From Eledone cirrhosa (Eukaryota), in contig OZ024741.1 in assembly GCA_964016885.1 (NCBI GenBank), positions 25,482,001 through 25,546,000 on the forward strand: a DNA stretch of 64,000 nt. Reading direction: 5' to 3'. Position 1 is the stretch's first letter. Every line of letters starts with the position of its first letter. The position numbers and the translations under genes are program-made. This document shows positions 40,246-55,100 of this stretch, in pieces. Below the pieces are notes generated by a model. That model ran no database searches, was not told where the DNA came from, and saw only the letters and a program-made list of their open reading frames with translations.

Positions 40246-42710
40246 TGTTTAACCCTTTCATTACCATATTTCTAATAAAAGACACTGTCTATGTTGTTTA
40301 ACCCTTTCATTACCATATTTCTAATAAAAGACACTGTCTATGTTGTTTAACCCTTTCATTACCATATTTCTAATAAAAGACACTGTCTATGTTGTTTAAC
40401 CCTTTCATTATCATATTTCTAATAAAAGACACTGTCTATGTTGTTTAACTTTTCATTACCATATTTCTAATAAAAGACACTGTCTATGTTGTTTAACCCT
40501 TTCATTACCATATTTCTAAGAAAAGACACTGTCTATGTTGTTTAACCCTTTCATTACCATATTTCTAATAAAAGACACTGTCTATGTTGTTTAACCCTTT
40601 TATTACCATATTTCTAATAAAAGACACTGTCTATGTTGTTTAACCCTTTCATTACCATATTTCTAATAGAAGACACTGTCTATGTTGTTTAACCCTTTCA
40701 TTATCATATTTCTAATAAAAGACACTGTCTATGTTGTTTAACCCTTTCATTATCATATTTCTAATAAAAGACGCTGTCTTTTTTAGTTTAACCCTTTCAT
40801 TACCATATTTCTAACAAAAGACACTGTTTATGTTGTTTAACCCTTTCATTACCATATTTCTAATAAAAGACAGTATGTTGTTTAACCCTTTCATTATCAT
40901 ATTTCTAATAAAAGACACTGTCTATGTTGTTTAACCCTTTCGTTTACATATTTCTAATAAAAGACACTGTCTATGTTGTTTAACCCTTTCATTACCATAT
41001 TTCTAATAAAAGACACTGTCTATGTTGTTTAACCCTTTCATTACCATATTTCTAATAAAAGACACTGTCTATGTTGTTTAACCCTTTCATTACCATATTT
41101 CTAATAAAAGACACTGTCTATGTTGTTTAACTCTTTCATTACCATATTTCTAATAAAACACACCGTCTATGTTGTTTAACCCTTTCATTACCATATTTCT
41201 AAGAAAAGACACTGTCTATGTTGTTTAACCCTTTTATTACCATATTTCTAATAAAAGACAGTCTATGTTGTTTAACCCTTTCATTACCATATTTCTAATA
41301 AAAGACACTGTCTATGTTGTTTAACTCTTTCATTACCATATTTCTAATAAAAGACACCGTCTATGTTGTTTAACCCTTTCATTATTATATTTCTAATAAA
41401 AGACACTGTCTATGTTGTTTAACCCTTTCATTACCATATTTCTAATAGAAGACACTGTCTATGTTGTTTAACCCTTTCATTATCATATTTCTAATAAAAG
41501 ACACTGTCTATGTTGTTTAACCCTTTCATTATCATATTTCTAATAAAAGATGCTGTCTTTTTTAGTTTAACCCTTTCATTACCATATTTCTAACAAAAGA
41601 CACTGTTTATGTTGTTTAACCCTTTCATTACCATATTTCTAATAAAAGACAGTATGTTGTTTAACCTTTTCATTATCATATTTCTAATAAAAGACACTGT
41701 CTGTGTTGTTTAACCCTTTCATTATCATATTTCTAATAAAAGACACTGTCTATGTTGTTTAACCCTTTCATTACCATATTTCTAATAAAAGACAGTCTAT
41801 GTTGTTTAACCCTTTCATTACCATATTTCTAATAAAAGACACTGTCTATGTTGTTTAACCCTTTCATTAGCATATTTCTAATAAAAGACACTGTCTATGT
41901 TGTTTAACCCTTTCATTACCATATTTCTAATAAAAGACACTGTCTATGTTGTTTAACCCTTTCATTACCATATTTCTAATAAAAGACACTGTCTATGTTG
42001 TTTAACCCTTTCATTACCATATTTCTAATAAAAGACAGTATGTTGTTTAACCCTTTCATTATCATATTTCTAATAAAAGACACTGTCTATGTTGTTTAAC
42101 CCTTTCATTACCATATTTCTAATAAAAGACACTGTCTATGTTGTTTAACCCTTTCATTACCATATTTCTAATAAAAGACACTGTCTATGTTGTTTAACCC
42201 TTTCATTACCATATTTCTAATAAAAGACACTGTCTATGTTGGTTAACCCTTTTATTACCATATTTCTAATAAAAGACACTGTCTATGTTGTTTAACCCTT
42301 TCGTTACCATATTTCTAATAGAAGACACTGTCTATGTTTTTTAACCCTTTCATTATCATATTTCTAATAAAAGACACTGTCTATGTTGTTTAACCCTTTC
42401 ATTATCATATTTCTAATGAAAGACGCTGTCTTTTTTAGTTTAACCCTTTCATTACCATATTTCTAACAAAAGACACTGTCTATGTTGTTTAACCCTTTCA
42501 TTACCATATTTCTAATAAAAGACACTGTCTATGTTGTTTAACCCTATCATTACCATATTTCTAATAAAAGACACTGTCTATGTTGTTTAACCCTTTCATT
42601 ACCATATTTCTAAGAAAAGACACTGTCTATGTTGTTTAACCCTTTTATTACCATATTTCTAATAAAAGACAGTCTATGTTGTTTAACCCTTTCATTACCA
42701 TATTTCTAAT
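28550..42710. repeat. About 3.95-kb higher-order unit (3,945/3,985 bp): three full copies plus one partial copy, nested with the 6,225-bp duplication
   Basis: AAGAAAGTAT at 29721, 33666, 35946 and 39891 (spacings 3945, 2280, 3945). ATTAGCAT at 31660, 37885 and 41870 (last spacing 3985). GATGCTGTC, TTGGTTAACC and ACCCTATCAT recur in the same order in the three full copies. Confidence 0.85.
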
Positions 42711-45700
42711 AAAAGACACTGTCTATGTTGTTTAACTCTTTCATTACCATATTTCTAATAAAAGACACCGTCTATGTTGTTTAACCCTTTCATTACCATA
42801 TTTCTAAGAAAAGACACTGTCTATGTTGTTTAACCCTTTTATTACCATATTTCTAATAAAAGACAGTCTATGTTGTTTAACCCTTTCATTACCATATTTC
42901 TAATAAAAGACACTGTCTATGTTGTTTAACTCTTTCATTACCATATTTCTAATAAAAGACACCGTCTATGTTGTTTAACCCTTTCATTATTATATTTCTA
43001 ATAAAAGACACTGTCTATGTTGTTTAACCCTTTCATTATTATATTTCTAATAGAAGACACTATGTTGTTTAACCCTTTCACTACCATATTTCTAATAAAA
43101 GACACTGTCTATGTTGTTTAACCCTTTCATTATCATATTTCTAATAAAAGACACTGTCTATGTTGTTTAACTTTTCATTACCATATTTCTAATAAAAGAC
43201 ACTGTCTATGTTGTTTAACCCTTTCATTACCATATTTCTAATAAAAGACACTGTCTATGTTGTTTAACCCTTTCATTACCATATTTCTAATAAAAGACAC
43301 TGTCTATGTTGTTTAACCCTTTCATTACCATATTTCTAATAAAAGACACTGTCTATGTTGTTTAACCCTTTCATTACCATATTTCTAATAGAAGACACTG
43401 TCTATGTTGTTTAACCCTTTCATTATCATATTTCTGATAAAAGACACTGTCTATGTTGTTTAACCCTTTCATTACCATATTTCTAATAAAAGACACTGTC
43501 TATGTTGTTTAACCCTTTCATTACCATATTTCTAATAAAAGACACTGTCTATGTTGTTTAACCCTTTCATTACCATATTTCTAATAAAAGACACTGTCTA
43601 TGTTGTTTAACCCTTTCATTATCATATTTCTAATAAAAGACACTGTCTATGTTGTTTAACCCTTTCATTACCATATTTCTAATAAAAGACACTGCCTATG
43701 TTGTTTAACCCTTTTATTACCATATTTCTAATAAAAGACACTGTCTATGTTGTTTAACCCTTTCGTTACCATATTTCTAATAGAAGACACTGTCTATGTT
43801 GTTTAACCCTTTCATTACCATATTTCTAATAAAAGACACTGTCTATGTTGTTTAACCCTTTCATTACCATATTTCTAATAAAAGACACTGTCTATGATGT
43901 TTAACCATTTCATTATCATATTTCTAATAAAAGACACTGTCTATGTTGTTTAACCCTTTCATTACCATATTTCTAATAAAAGACACTGTCTATGTTGTTT
44001 AACCCTTTAATTACCATGTTTCTAATAAAAGACACTGTCTATGTTGTTTAACCCTTTCATTACCATATTTCTAATAAAAGACACTGTCTATGTTGTTTAA
44101 CCCTTTTATTACCATATTTCTAATAAAAGACACTGTCTATGTTGTTTAACCCTTTCATTACCATATTTCTAATAGAAGACACTGTCTATGTTGTTTAACC
44201 CTTTCATTATCATATTTCTAATAAAAGACACTGTCTATGTTGTTTAACCCTTTCATTATCATATTTCTAATAAAAGACGCTGTCTTTTTTAGTTTAACCC
44301 TTTCATTACCATATTTCTAACAAAAGACACTGTTTATGTTGTTTAACCCTTTCATTACCATATTTCTAATAAAAGACAGTATGTTGTTTAACCCTTTCAT
44401 TATCATATTTCTAATAAAAGACACTGTCTATGTTGTTTAACCCTTTCGTTTACATATTTCTAATAAAAGACACTGTCTATGTTGTTTAACCCTTTCATTA
44501 CCATATTTCTAATAAAAGACACTGTCTATGTTGTTTAACCCTTTCATTACCATATTTCTAATAAAAGACACTGTCTATGTTGTTTAACCCATTCATCACC
44601 ATATTTCTAATAAAAGACACTGTCTATGTTGTTTAACCCTTTCATTACCATATTTCTAATAAAAGACAGTATGTTGTTTAACCCTTTCATTATCATATTT
44701 CTAATAAAAGACACTGTCTATGTTGTTTAACCCTTTCATTACCATATTTCTAATAAAAGACACTGTCTATGTTGTTTAACCCTTTCATTACCATATTTCT
44801 AATAAAAGACACTGTCTATGTTGTTTAACCCTTTCATTACCATATTTCTAATAAAAGACACTGTCTATGTTGTTTAACCCTTTCATTACCATATTTCTAA
44901 TAAAAGACACTGTCTATGTTGTTTAACCCTTTCATTACCAAATTTCTAATAAAAGACACTGTCTATGTTGTTTAACCCTTTCATTACCATATTTCTAATA
45001 AAAGACACTGTCTATGTTGTTTAACCCTTTCATTACCATGTTTCTAATAAAAGACACTGTCTATGTTGTTTAACCCTTTCATTATCATATTTCTAAGAAA
45101 AGACAGTCTATGTTGTTTAACCCTTTCATTATCATATTTCTAATAAAAGACACTGTCTATGTTGTTTAACCCTTTCATTATCATATTTCTAATAAAAGAC
45201 ACTGTCTATGTTGTTTAACCCTTTCATTACCATATTTCTAATAAAAGACACTGTCTATGTTGTTTAACCCTTTCATTACCATATTTCTAATAAAAGACAC
45301 TGTCCATGTTGTTTAACCCTTTCATTACCATATTTCTAATAAAAGACACTGTCTATGTTGTTTAACCCTTTCATTACCATATTTCTAATAAAAGACAGTA
45401 TGTTGTTTAACCCTTTCATTATCATATTTCTAATAAAAGACACTGTCTATGTTGTTTAACCCTTTCATTACAATATTTCTAATAAAAGACGCTGTCTTTT
45501 TTAGTTTAACCCTTTCATTACCATATTTCTAACAAAAGACACTGTTTATGTTGTTTAACCCTTTCATTACCATATTTCTAATAAAAGACAGTATGTTGTT
45601 TAACCCTTTCATTATCATATTTTTAATAAAAGACACTGTCTATGTTGTTTAACCCTTTCGTTTACATATTTCTAATAAAAGACACTGTCTATGTTGTTTA

Positions 45701-48700
45701 ACCCTGTCATTACCATATTTCTAATAAAAGACACTGTCTATGTTGTTTAACCCTTTCATTACCATATTTCTAATAAAAGACACTGTCTATGTTGTTTAAC
45801 CCATTCATCACCATATTTCTAATAAAAGACACTGTCTATGTTGTTTAACCTTTTCATTACCATATTTCTAATAAAAGACAGTATGTTGTTTAACCCTTTC
45901 ATTATCATATTTCTAATAAAAGACACTGTCTATGTTGTTTAACCCTTTCATTACCATATTTCTAATAAAAGACACTGTCTATGTTGTTTAACCCTTTCAT
46001 TACCATATTTCTAATAAAAGACACTGTCTATGTTGTTTAACCCTTTCATTACCATATTTCTAATAAAAGACACTGTCTATGTTGTTTAACCCTTTCATTA
46101 CCATATTTCTAATAAAAGACACTGTCTATGTTGTTTAACCCTTTCATTACCATATTTCTAATAAAAGACACTGTCTATGTTGTTTAACCCTTTCATTACC
46201 ATATTTCTAAGAAAAGACACTGTCTATGTTGTTTAACCTTTTCATTACCATATTTCTAATAAAAGACAGTATGTTGTTTAACCCTTTCATTATCATATTT
46301 CTAATAAAAGACACTGTCTATGTTGTTTAACCCTTTCATTATCATATTTCCAATAAAAGACACTGTCTATGTTGTTTAACCCTTTCATTACCATATTTCT
46401 AATAAAAGACGCTGTCTATGGTGTTTAACCCTTTCATTACCATATTTCTAATAAAAGACACTGTCTATGTTGTTTAACCCTTTCATTACCATATTTCTAA
46501 TAAAAGACACTGTCCATGTTGTTTAACCCTTTCATTACCATATTTCTAATAAAAGACACTGTCTATGTTGTTTAACCCTTTCATTACCATATTTCTAATA
46601 AAAGACAGTATGTTGTTTAACCCTTTCATTATCATATTTCTAATAAAAGACACTGTCTATGTTGTTTAACCCTTTCATTACAATATTTCTAATAAAAGAC
46701 GCTGTCTTTTTTAGTTTAACCCTTTCATTACCATATTTCTAACAAAAGACACTGTTTATGTTGTTTAACCCTTTCATTACCATATTTCTAATAAAAGACA
46801 GTATGTTGTTTAACCCTTTCATTATCATATTTCTAATAAAAGACACTGTCTATGTTGTTTAACCCTTTCGTTTACATATTTCTAATAAAAGACACTGTCT
46901 ATGTTGTTTAACCCTTTCATTACCATATTTCTAATAAAAGACACTGTCTATGTTGTTTAACCCTTTCATTACCATATTTCTAATAAAAGACACTGTCTAT
47001 GTTGTTTAACCCATTCATCACCATATTTCTAATAAAAGACACTGTCTATGTTGTTTAACCCTTTCATTACCATATTTCTAATAAAAGACAGTATGTTGTT
47101 TAACCCTTTCATTATCATATTTCTAATAAAAGACACTGTCTATGTTGTTTAACCCTTTCATTACGATATTTCTAATAAAAGACACTGTCTATGTTGTTTA
47201 ACCCTTTCATTACCATATTTCTAATAAAAGACACTGTCTATGTTATTTAACCCTTTCATTACCATATTTCTAATAAAAGACACTGTCTATATTGTTTAAC
47301 CCTTTCATTACCATATTTCTAATAAAAGACACTGTCTATGTTGTTTAACCCTTTCATTACCATATTTCTAATAAAAGACACTGTCTATGTTGTTTAACCC
47401 TTTCATTACCATATTTCTAAGAAAAGACACTGTCTATGTTGTTTAACCTTTTCATTACCATATTTCTAATAAAAGACAGTATGTTGTTTAACCCTTTCAT
47501 TATCATATTTCTAATAAAAGACACTGTCTATGTTGTTTAACCCTTTCATTATCATATTTCTAATAAAAGACACTGTCTATGTTGTTTAACCCTTTCATTA
47601 CCATATTTCTAATAAAAGACGCTGTCTATGGTGTTTAACCCTTTCATTACCATATTTCTAATAAAAGACACTGTCTATGTTGTTTAACCCTTTCATTACC
47701 ATATTTCTAATAAAAGACACTGTCTATGTTGTTTAACCCTTTCATTACCATATTTCTAATAAAAGACACTGTCTATGTTGTTTAACCCTTTCATTACTAT
47801 ATTTCTAATAAAAGACACTGTCTATGTTGTTTAACCCTTTCATTACCATATTTCTAATAAAAGACACTGTCTATGTTGTTTAACCCTTTCATTACCATAT
47901 TTCTAAAAGAAGACACTGTCTATGTTGTTTAACCCTTTCATTATCATATTTCTAATAAAAGACGCTGTCTTTTTTAGTTTAACCCTTTCATTACCATATT
48001 TCTAACAAAAGACACTGTTTATGTTGTTTAACCCTTTCATTACCATATTTCTAAGAAAAAATACTGTCTATGTTGTTTAACCCTTTCATTACCATATTTC
48101 TAATAAAAGACACTGTCTATGTTGTTTAACCCTTTCATTACCATATTTCTAATAAAAGACACTGTCTATGTTGGTTAACCCTTTTATTACCATATTTCTA
48201 ATAAAAGACACTGTCTATGTTGTTTAACCCTTTCGTTACCATATTTCTAATAGAAGACACTGTCTATGTTTTTTAACCCTTTCATTATCATATTTCTAAT
48301 AAAAGACACTGTCTATGTTGTTTAACCCTTTCATTATCATATTTCTAATAAAAGACACTGTCTATGTTGTTTAACTCTTTCATTACCATATTTCTAATAA
48401 AAGACACCGTCTATGTTGTTTAACCCTTTCATTACCATATTTCTAAGAAAAGACACTGTCTATGTTTTTTAACCCTTTTATTACCATATTTCTAATAAAA
48501 GACAGTCTATGTTGTTTAACCCTTTCATTACCATATTTCTAATAAAAGACACTGTCTATGTTGTTTAACTCTTTCATTACCATATTTCTAATAAAAGACA
48601 CCGTCTATGTTGTTTAACCCTTTCATTATTATATTTCTAATAAAAGACACTGTCTATGTTGTTTAACCCTTTCATTATTATATTTCTAATAGAAGACACT

Positions 48701-51700
48701 ATGTTGTTTAACCCTTTCACTACCATATTTCTAATAAAAGACACTGTCTATGTTGTTTAACCCTTTCATTATCATATTTCTAATAAAAGACACTGTCTAT
48801 GTTGTTTAACTTTTCATTACCATATTTCTAATAAAAGACACTGTCTATGTTGTTTAACCCTTTCATTACCATATTTCTAATAAAAGACACTGTCTATGTT
48901 GTTTAACCCTTTCATTACCATATTTCTAATAAAAGACACTGTCTATGTTGTTTAACCCTTTCATTACCATATTTCTAATAAAAGACACTGTCTATGTTGT
49001 TTAACCCTTTTATTACCATATTTCTAATAGAAGACACTGTCTATGTTGTTTAACCCTTTCATTATCATATTTCTGATAAAAGACACTGTCTATGTTGTTT
49101 AACCCTTTCATTACCATATTTCTAATAAAAGACACTGTCTATGTTGTTTAACCCTTTCATTACCATATTTCTAATAAAAGACACTGTCTATGTTGTTTAA
49201 CCCTTTCATTACCATATTTCTAATAAAAGACACTGTCTATGTTGTTTAACCCTTTCATTATCATATTTCTAATAAAAGACACTGTCTATGTTGTTTAACC
49301 CTTTCATTACCATATTTCTAATAAAAGACACTGCCTATGTTGTTTAACCCTTTTATTACCATATTTCTAATAAAAGACACTGTCTATGTTGTTTAACCCT
49401 TTCGTTACCATATTTCTAATAGAAGACACTGTCTATGTTGTTTAACCCTTTCATTACCATATTTCTAATAAAAGACACTGTCTATGTTGTTTAACCCTTT
49501 CATTACCATATTTCTAATAAAAGACACTGTCTATGATGTTTAACCATTTCATTATCATATTTCTAATAAAAGACACTGTCTATGTTGTTTAACCCTTTCA
49601 TTACCATATTTCTAATAAAAGACACTGTCTATGTTGTTTAACCCTTTAATTACCATGTTTCTAATAAAAGACACTGTCTATGTTGTTTAACCCTTTCATT
49701 ACCATATTTCTAATAAAAGACACTGTCTATGTTGTTTAACCCTTTTATTACCATATTTCTAATAAAAGACACTGTCTATGTTGTTTAACCCTTTCATTAC
49801 CATATTTCTAATAGAAGACACTGTCTATGTTGTTTAACCCTTTCATTATCATATTTCTAATAAAAGACACTGTCTATGTTGTTTAACCCTTTCATTATCA
49901 TATTTCTAATAAAAGACGCTGTCTTTTTTAGTTTAACCCTTTCATTACCATATTTCTAACAAAAGACACTGTTTATGTTGTTTAACCCTTTCATTACCAT
50001 ATTTCTAATAAAAGACAGTATGTTGTTTAACCCTTTCATTATCATATTTCTAATAAAAGACACTGTCTATGTTGTTTAACCCTTTCGTTTACATATTTCT
50101 AATAAAAGACACTGTCTATGTTGTTTAACCCTTTCATTACCATATTTCTAATAAAAGACACTGTCTATGTTGTTTAACCCTTTCATTACCATATTTCTAA
50201 TAAAAGACACTGTCTATGTTGTTTAACCCATTCATCACCATATTTCTAATAAAAGACACTGTCTATGTTGTTTAACCCTTTCATTACCATATTTCTAATA
50301 AAAGACAGTATGTTGTTTAACCCTTTCATTATCATATTTCTAATAAAAGACACTATGTTGTTTAACCCTTTCATTACCATATTTCTAATAAAAGACACTG
50401 TCTATGTTGTTTAACCCTTTCATTACCATATTTCTAATAAAAGACACTGTCTATGTTGTTTAACCCTTTCATTACCATATTTCTAATAAAAGACACTGTC
50501 TATGTTGTTTAACCCTTTCATTACCATATTTCTAATAAAAGACACTGTCTATGTTGTTTAACCCTTTCATTACCAAATTTCTAATAAAAGACACTGTCTA
50601 TGTTGTTTAACCCTTTCATTACCATATTTCTAATAAAAGACACTGTCTATGTTGTTTAACCCTTTCATTACCATGTTTCTAATAAAAGACACTGTCTATG
50701 TTGTTTAACCCTTTCATTACCATATTTCTAAGAAAAGACAGTCTATGTTGTTTAACCCTTTCATTATCATATTTCTAATAAAAGACACTGTCTATGTTGT
50801 TTAACCCTTTCATTATCATATTTCTAATAAAAGACACTGTCTATGTTGTTTAACCCTTTCATTACCATATTTCTAATAAAAGACACTGTCTATGTTGTTT
50901 AACCCTTTCATTACCATATTTCTAATAAAAGACACTGTCCATGTTGTTTAACCCTTTCATTACCATATTTCTAATAAAAGACACTGTCTATGTTGTTTAA
51001 CCCTTTCATTACCATATTTCTAATAAAAGACAGTATGTTGTTTAACCCTTTCATTATCATATTTCTAATAAAAGACACTGTCTATGTTGTTTAACCCTTT
51101 CATTACAATATTTCTAATAAAAGACGCTGTCTTTTTTAGTTTAACCCTTTCATTACCATATTTCTAACAAAAGACACTGTTTATGTTGTTTAACCCTTTC
51201 ATTACCATATTTCTAATAAAAGACAGTATGTTGTTTAACCCTTTCATTATCATATTTCTAATAAAAGACACTGTCTATGTTGTTTAACCCTTTCGTTTAC
51301 ATATTTCTAATAAAAGACACTGTCTATGTTGTTTAACCCTGTCATTACCATATTTCTAATAAAAGACACTGTCTATGTTGTTTAACCCTTTCATTACCAT
51401 ATTTCTAATAAAAGACACTGTCTATGTTGTTTAACCCATTCATCACCATATTTCTAATAAAAGACACTGTCTATGTTGTTTAACCTTTTCATTACCATAT
51501 TTCTAATAAAAGACAGTATGTTGTTTAACCCTTTCATTATCATATTTCTAATAAAAGACACTGTCTATGTTGTTTAACCCTTTCATTACCATATTTCTAA
51601 TAAAAGACACTGTCTATGTTGTTTAACCCTTTCATTACCATATTTCTAATAAAAGACACTGTCTATGTTGTTTAACCCTTTCATTACCATATTTCTAATA

Positions 51701-52100
51701 AAAGACACTGTCTATGTTGTTTAACCCTTTCATTACCATATTTCTAATAAAAGACACTGTCTATGTTGTTTAACCCTTTCATTACCATATTTCTAATAAA
51801 AGACACTGTCTATGTTGTTTAACCCTTTCATTACCATATTTCTAAGAAAAGACACTGTCTATGTTGTTTAACCTTTTCATTACCATATTTCTAATAAAAG
51901 ACAGTATGTTGTTTAACCCTTTCATTATCATATTTCTAATAAAAGACACTGTCTATGTTGTTTAACCCTTTCATTATCATATTTCTAATAAAAGACACTG
52001 TCTATGTTGTTTAACCCTTTCATTACCATATTTCTAATAAAAGACGCTGTCTATGGTGTTTAACCCTTTCATTACCATATTTCTAATAAAAGACACTGTC
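42700..52100. repeat. Higher-order duplication, offset 5,639/5,635 bp (about 42.7-46.5 kb vs 48.35-52.1 kb)
   Basis: TTCTGATAA G at 43436/49075 and AACCCTTTAATTACCATG at 44001/49640 give 5,639. ACCCTGTCAT at 45701/51336 gives 5,635, after a 4-bp GACACTATG deletion near 50351. Confidence 0.85.
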
Positions 52101-55100
52101 TATGTTGTTTAACCCTTTCATTACCATATTTCTAATAAAAGACACTGTCTATGTTGTTTACCCCTTTCATTACCATATTTCTAATAAAAGACACTGTCTA
52201 TGTTGTTTAACCCTTTCATTACTATATTTCTAATAAAAGACACTGTCTATGTTGTTTAACCCTTTCATTACCATATTTCTAATAAAAGACACTGTCTATG
52301 TTGTTTAACCCCTTCATTACCATATTTCTAAAAGAAGACACTGTCTATGTTGTTTAACCCTTTCATTATCATATTTCTAATAAAAGACACTGTCTATTTT
52401 GTTTAACCCTTTCATTATCATATTTCTAATAAAAGACGCTGTCTTTTTTAGTTTAACCCTTTCATTACCATATTTCTAACAAAAGACACTGTTTATGTTA
52501 TATAACCCTTTCATTACCATATTTCTAAGAAAAAATACTGTCTATGTTGTTTAACCCTTTCATTACCATATTTCTAATAAAAGACACTGTCTATGTTGTT
52601 TAACCCTTTCATTACCATATTTCTAATAAAAGACACTGTCTATGTTGTTTAACCCTTTTATTACCATATTTCTAATAAAAGACACTGTCTATGTTGTTTA
52701 ACCCTTTCATTACCATATTTCTAATAAAAGACAGTATGTTGTTTAACCCTTTCATTATCATATTTCTAATAAAAGACACTGTCTATGTTGTTTAACCCTT
52801 TCGTTTACATATTTCTAATAAAAGACACTGTCTATGTTGTTTAACCCTGTCATTACCATATTTCTAATAAAAGACACTGTCTATGTTGTTTAACCCTTTC
52901 ATTACCATATTTCTAATAAAAGACACTGTCTATGTTGTTTAACCCATTCATCACCATATTTCTAATAAAAGACACTGTCTATGTTGTTTAACCTTTTCAT
53001 TACCATATTTCTAATAAAAGACAGTATGTTGTTTAACCCTTTCATTATCATATTTCTAATAAAAGACACTGTCTATGTTGTTTAACCCTTTCATTACCAT
53101 ATTTCTAATAAAAGACACTGTCTATGTTGTTTAACCCTTTCATTACCATATTTCTAATAAAAGACACTGTCTATGTTGTTTAACCCTTTCATTACCATAT
53201 TTCTAATAAAAGACACTGTCTATGTTGTTTAACCCTTTCATTACCATATTTCTAATAAAAGACACTGTCTATGTTGTTTAACCCTTTCATTACCATATTT
53301 CTAATAAAAGACACTGTCTATGTTGTTTAACCCTTTCATTACCATATTTCTAAGAAAAGACACTGTCTATGTTGTTTAACCTTTTCATTACCATATTTCT
53401 AATAAAAGACAGTATGTTGTTTAACCCTTTCATTATCATATTTCTAATAAAAGACACTGTCTATGTTGTTTAACCCTTTCATTATCATATTTCTAATAAA
53501 AGACACTGTCTATGTTGTTTAACCCTTTCATTACCATATTTCTAATAAAAGACGCTGTCTATGGTGTTTAACCCTTTCATTACCATATTTCTAATAAAAG
53601 ACACTGTCTATGTTGTTTAACCCTTTCATTACCATATTTCTAATAAAAGACACTGTCTATGTTGTTTAACCCTTTCATTACCATATTTCTAATAAAAGAC
53701 ACTGTCTATGTTGTTTAACCCTTTCATTACTATATTTCTAATAAAAGACACTGTCTATGTTGTTTAACCCTTTCATTACCATATTTCTAATAAAAGACAC
53801 TGTCTATGTTGTTTAACCCTTTCATTACCATATTTCTAAAAGAAGACACTGTCTATGTTGTTTAACCCTTTCATTATCATATTTCTAATAAAAGACACTG
53901 TCTATTTTGTTTAACCCTTTCATTATCATATTTCTAATAAAAGACGCTGTCTTTTTTAGTTTAACCCTTTCATTACCATATTTCTAACAAAAGACACTGT
54001 TTATATTGTTTAACCCTTTCATTACCATATTTCTAAGAAAAAATACTGTCTATGTTGTTTAACCCTTTCATTACCATATTTCTAATAAAAGACACTGTCT
54101 ATGTTGTTTAACCCTTTCATTACCATATTTCTAATAAAAGACACTGTCTATGTTGTTTAACCCTTTTATTACCATATTTCTAATAAAAGACACTGTCTAT
54201 GTTGTTTAACCCTTTCGTTACCATATTTCTAATAGAAGACACTGTCTATGTTTTTTAACCCTTTCATTATCATATTTCTAATAAAAGACACTGTCTATGT
54301 TGTTTAACCCTTTCATTATCATATTTCTAATGAAAGACGCTGTCTTTTTTAGTTTAACCCTTTCATTACCATATTTCTAACAAAAGACACTGTCTATGTT
54401 GTTTAACCCTTTCATTACCATATTTCTAATAAAAGACACTGTCTATGTTGTTTAACCCTATCATTACCATATTTCTAATAAAAGACACTGTCTATGTTGT
54501 TTAACCCTTTCATTACCATATTTCTAAGAAAAGACACTGTCTATGTTGTTTAACCCTTTTATTACCATATTTCTAATAAAAGACAGTCTATGTTGTTTAA
54601 CCCTTTCATTACCATATTTCTAATAAAAGACACTGTCTATGTTGTTTAACTCTTTCATTACCATATTTCTAATAAAAGACACCGTCTATGTTGTTTAACC
54701 CTTTCATTACCATATTTCTAAGAAAAGACACTGTCTATGTTGTTTAACCCTTTTATTACCATATTTCTAATAAAAGACAGTCTATGTTGTTTAACCCTTT
54801 CATTACCATATTTCTAATAAAAGACACTGTCTATGTTGTTTAACTCTTTCATTACCATATTTCTAATAAAAGACACCGTCTATGTTGTTTAACCCTTTCA
54901 TTATTATATTTCTAATAAAAGACACTGTCTATGTTGTTTAACCCTTTCATTATTATATTTCTAATAGAAGACACTATGTTGTTTAACCCTTTCACTACCA
55001 TATTTCTAATAAAAGACACTGTCTATGTTGTTTAACACTTTCATTACCATATTTCTAATAAAAGACACTGTCTATGTTGTTTAACCCTTTCATTACCATA

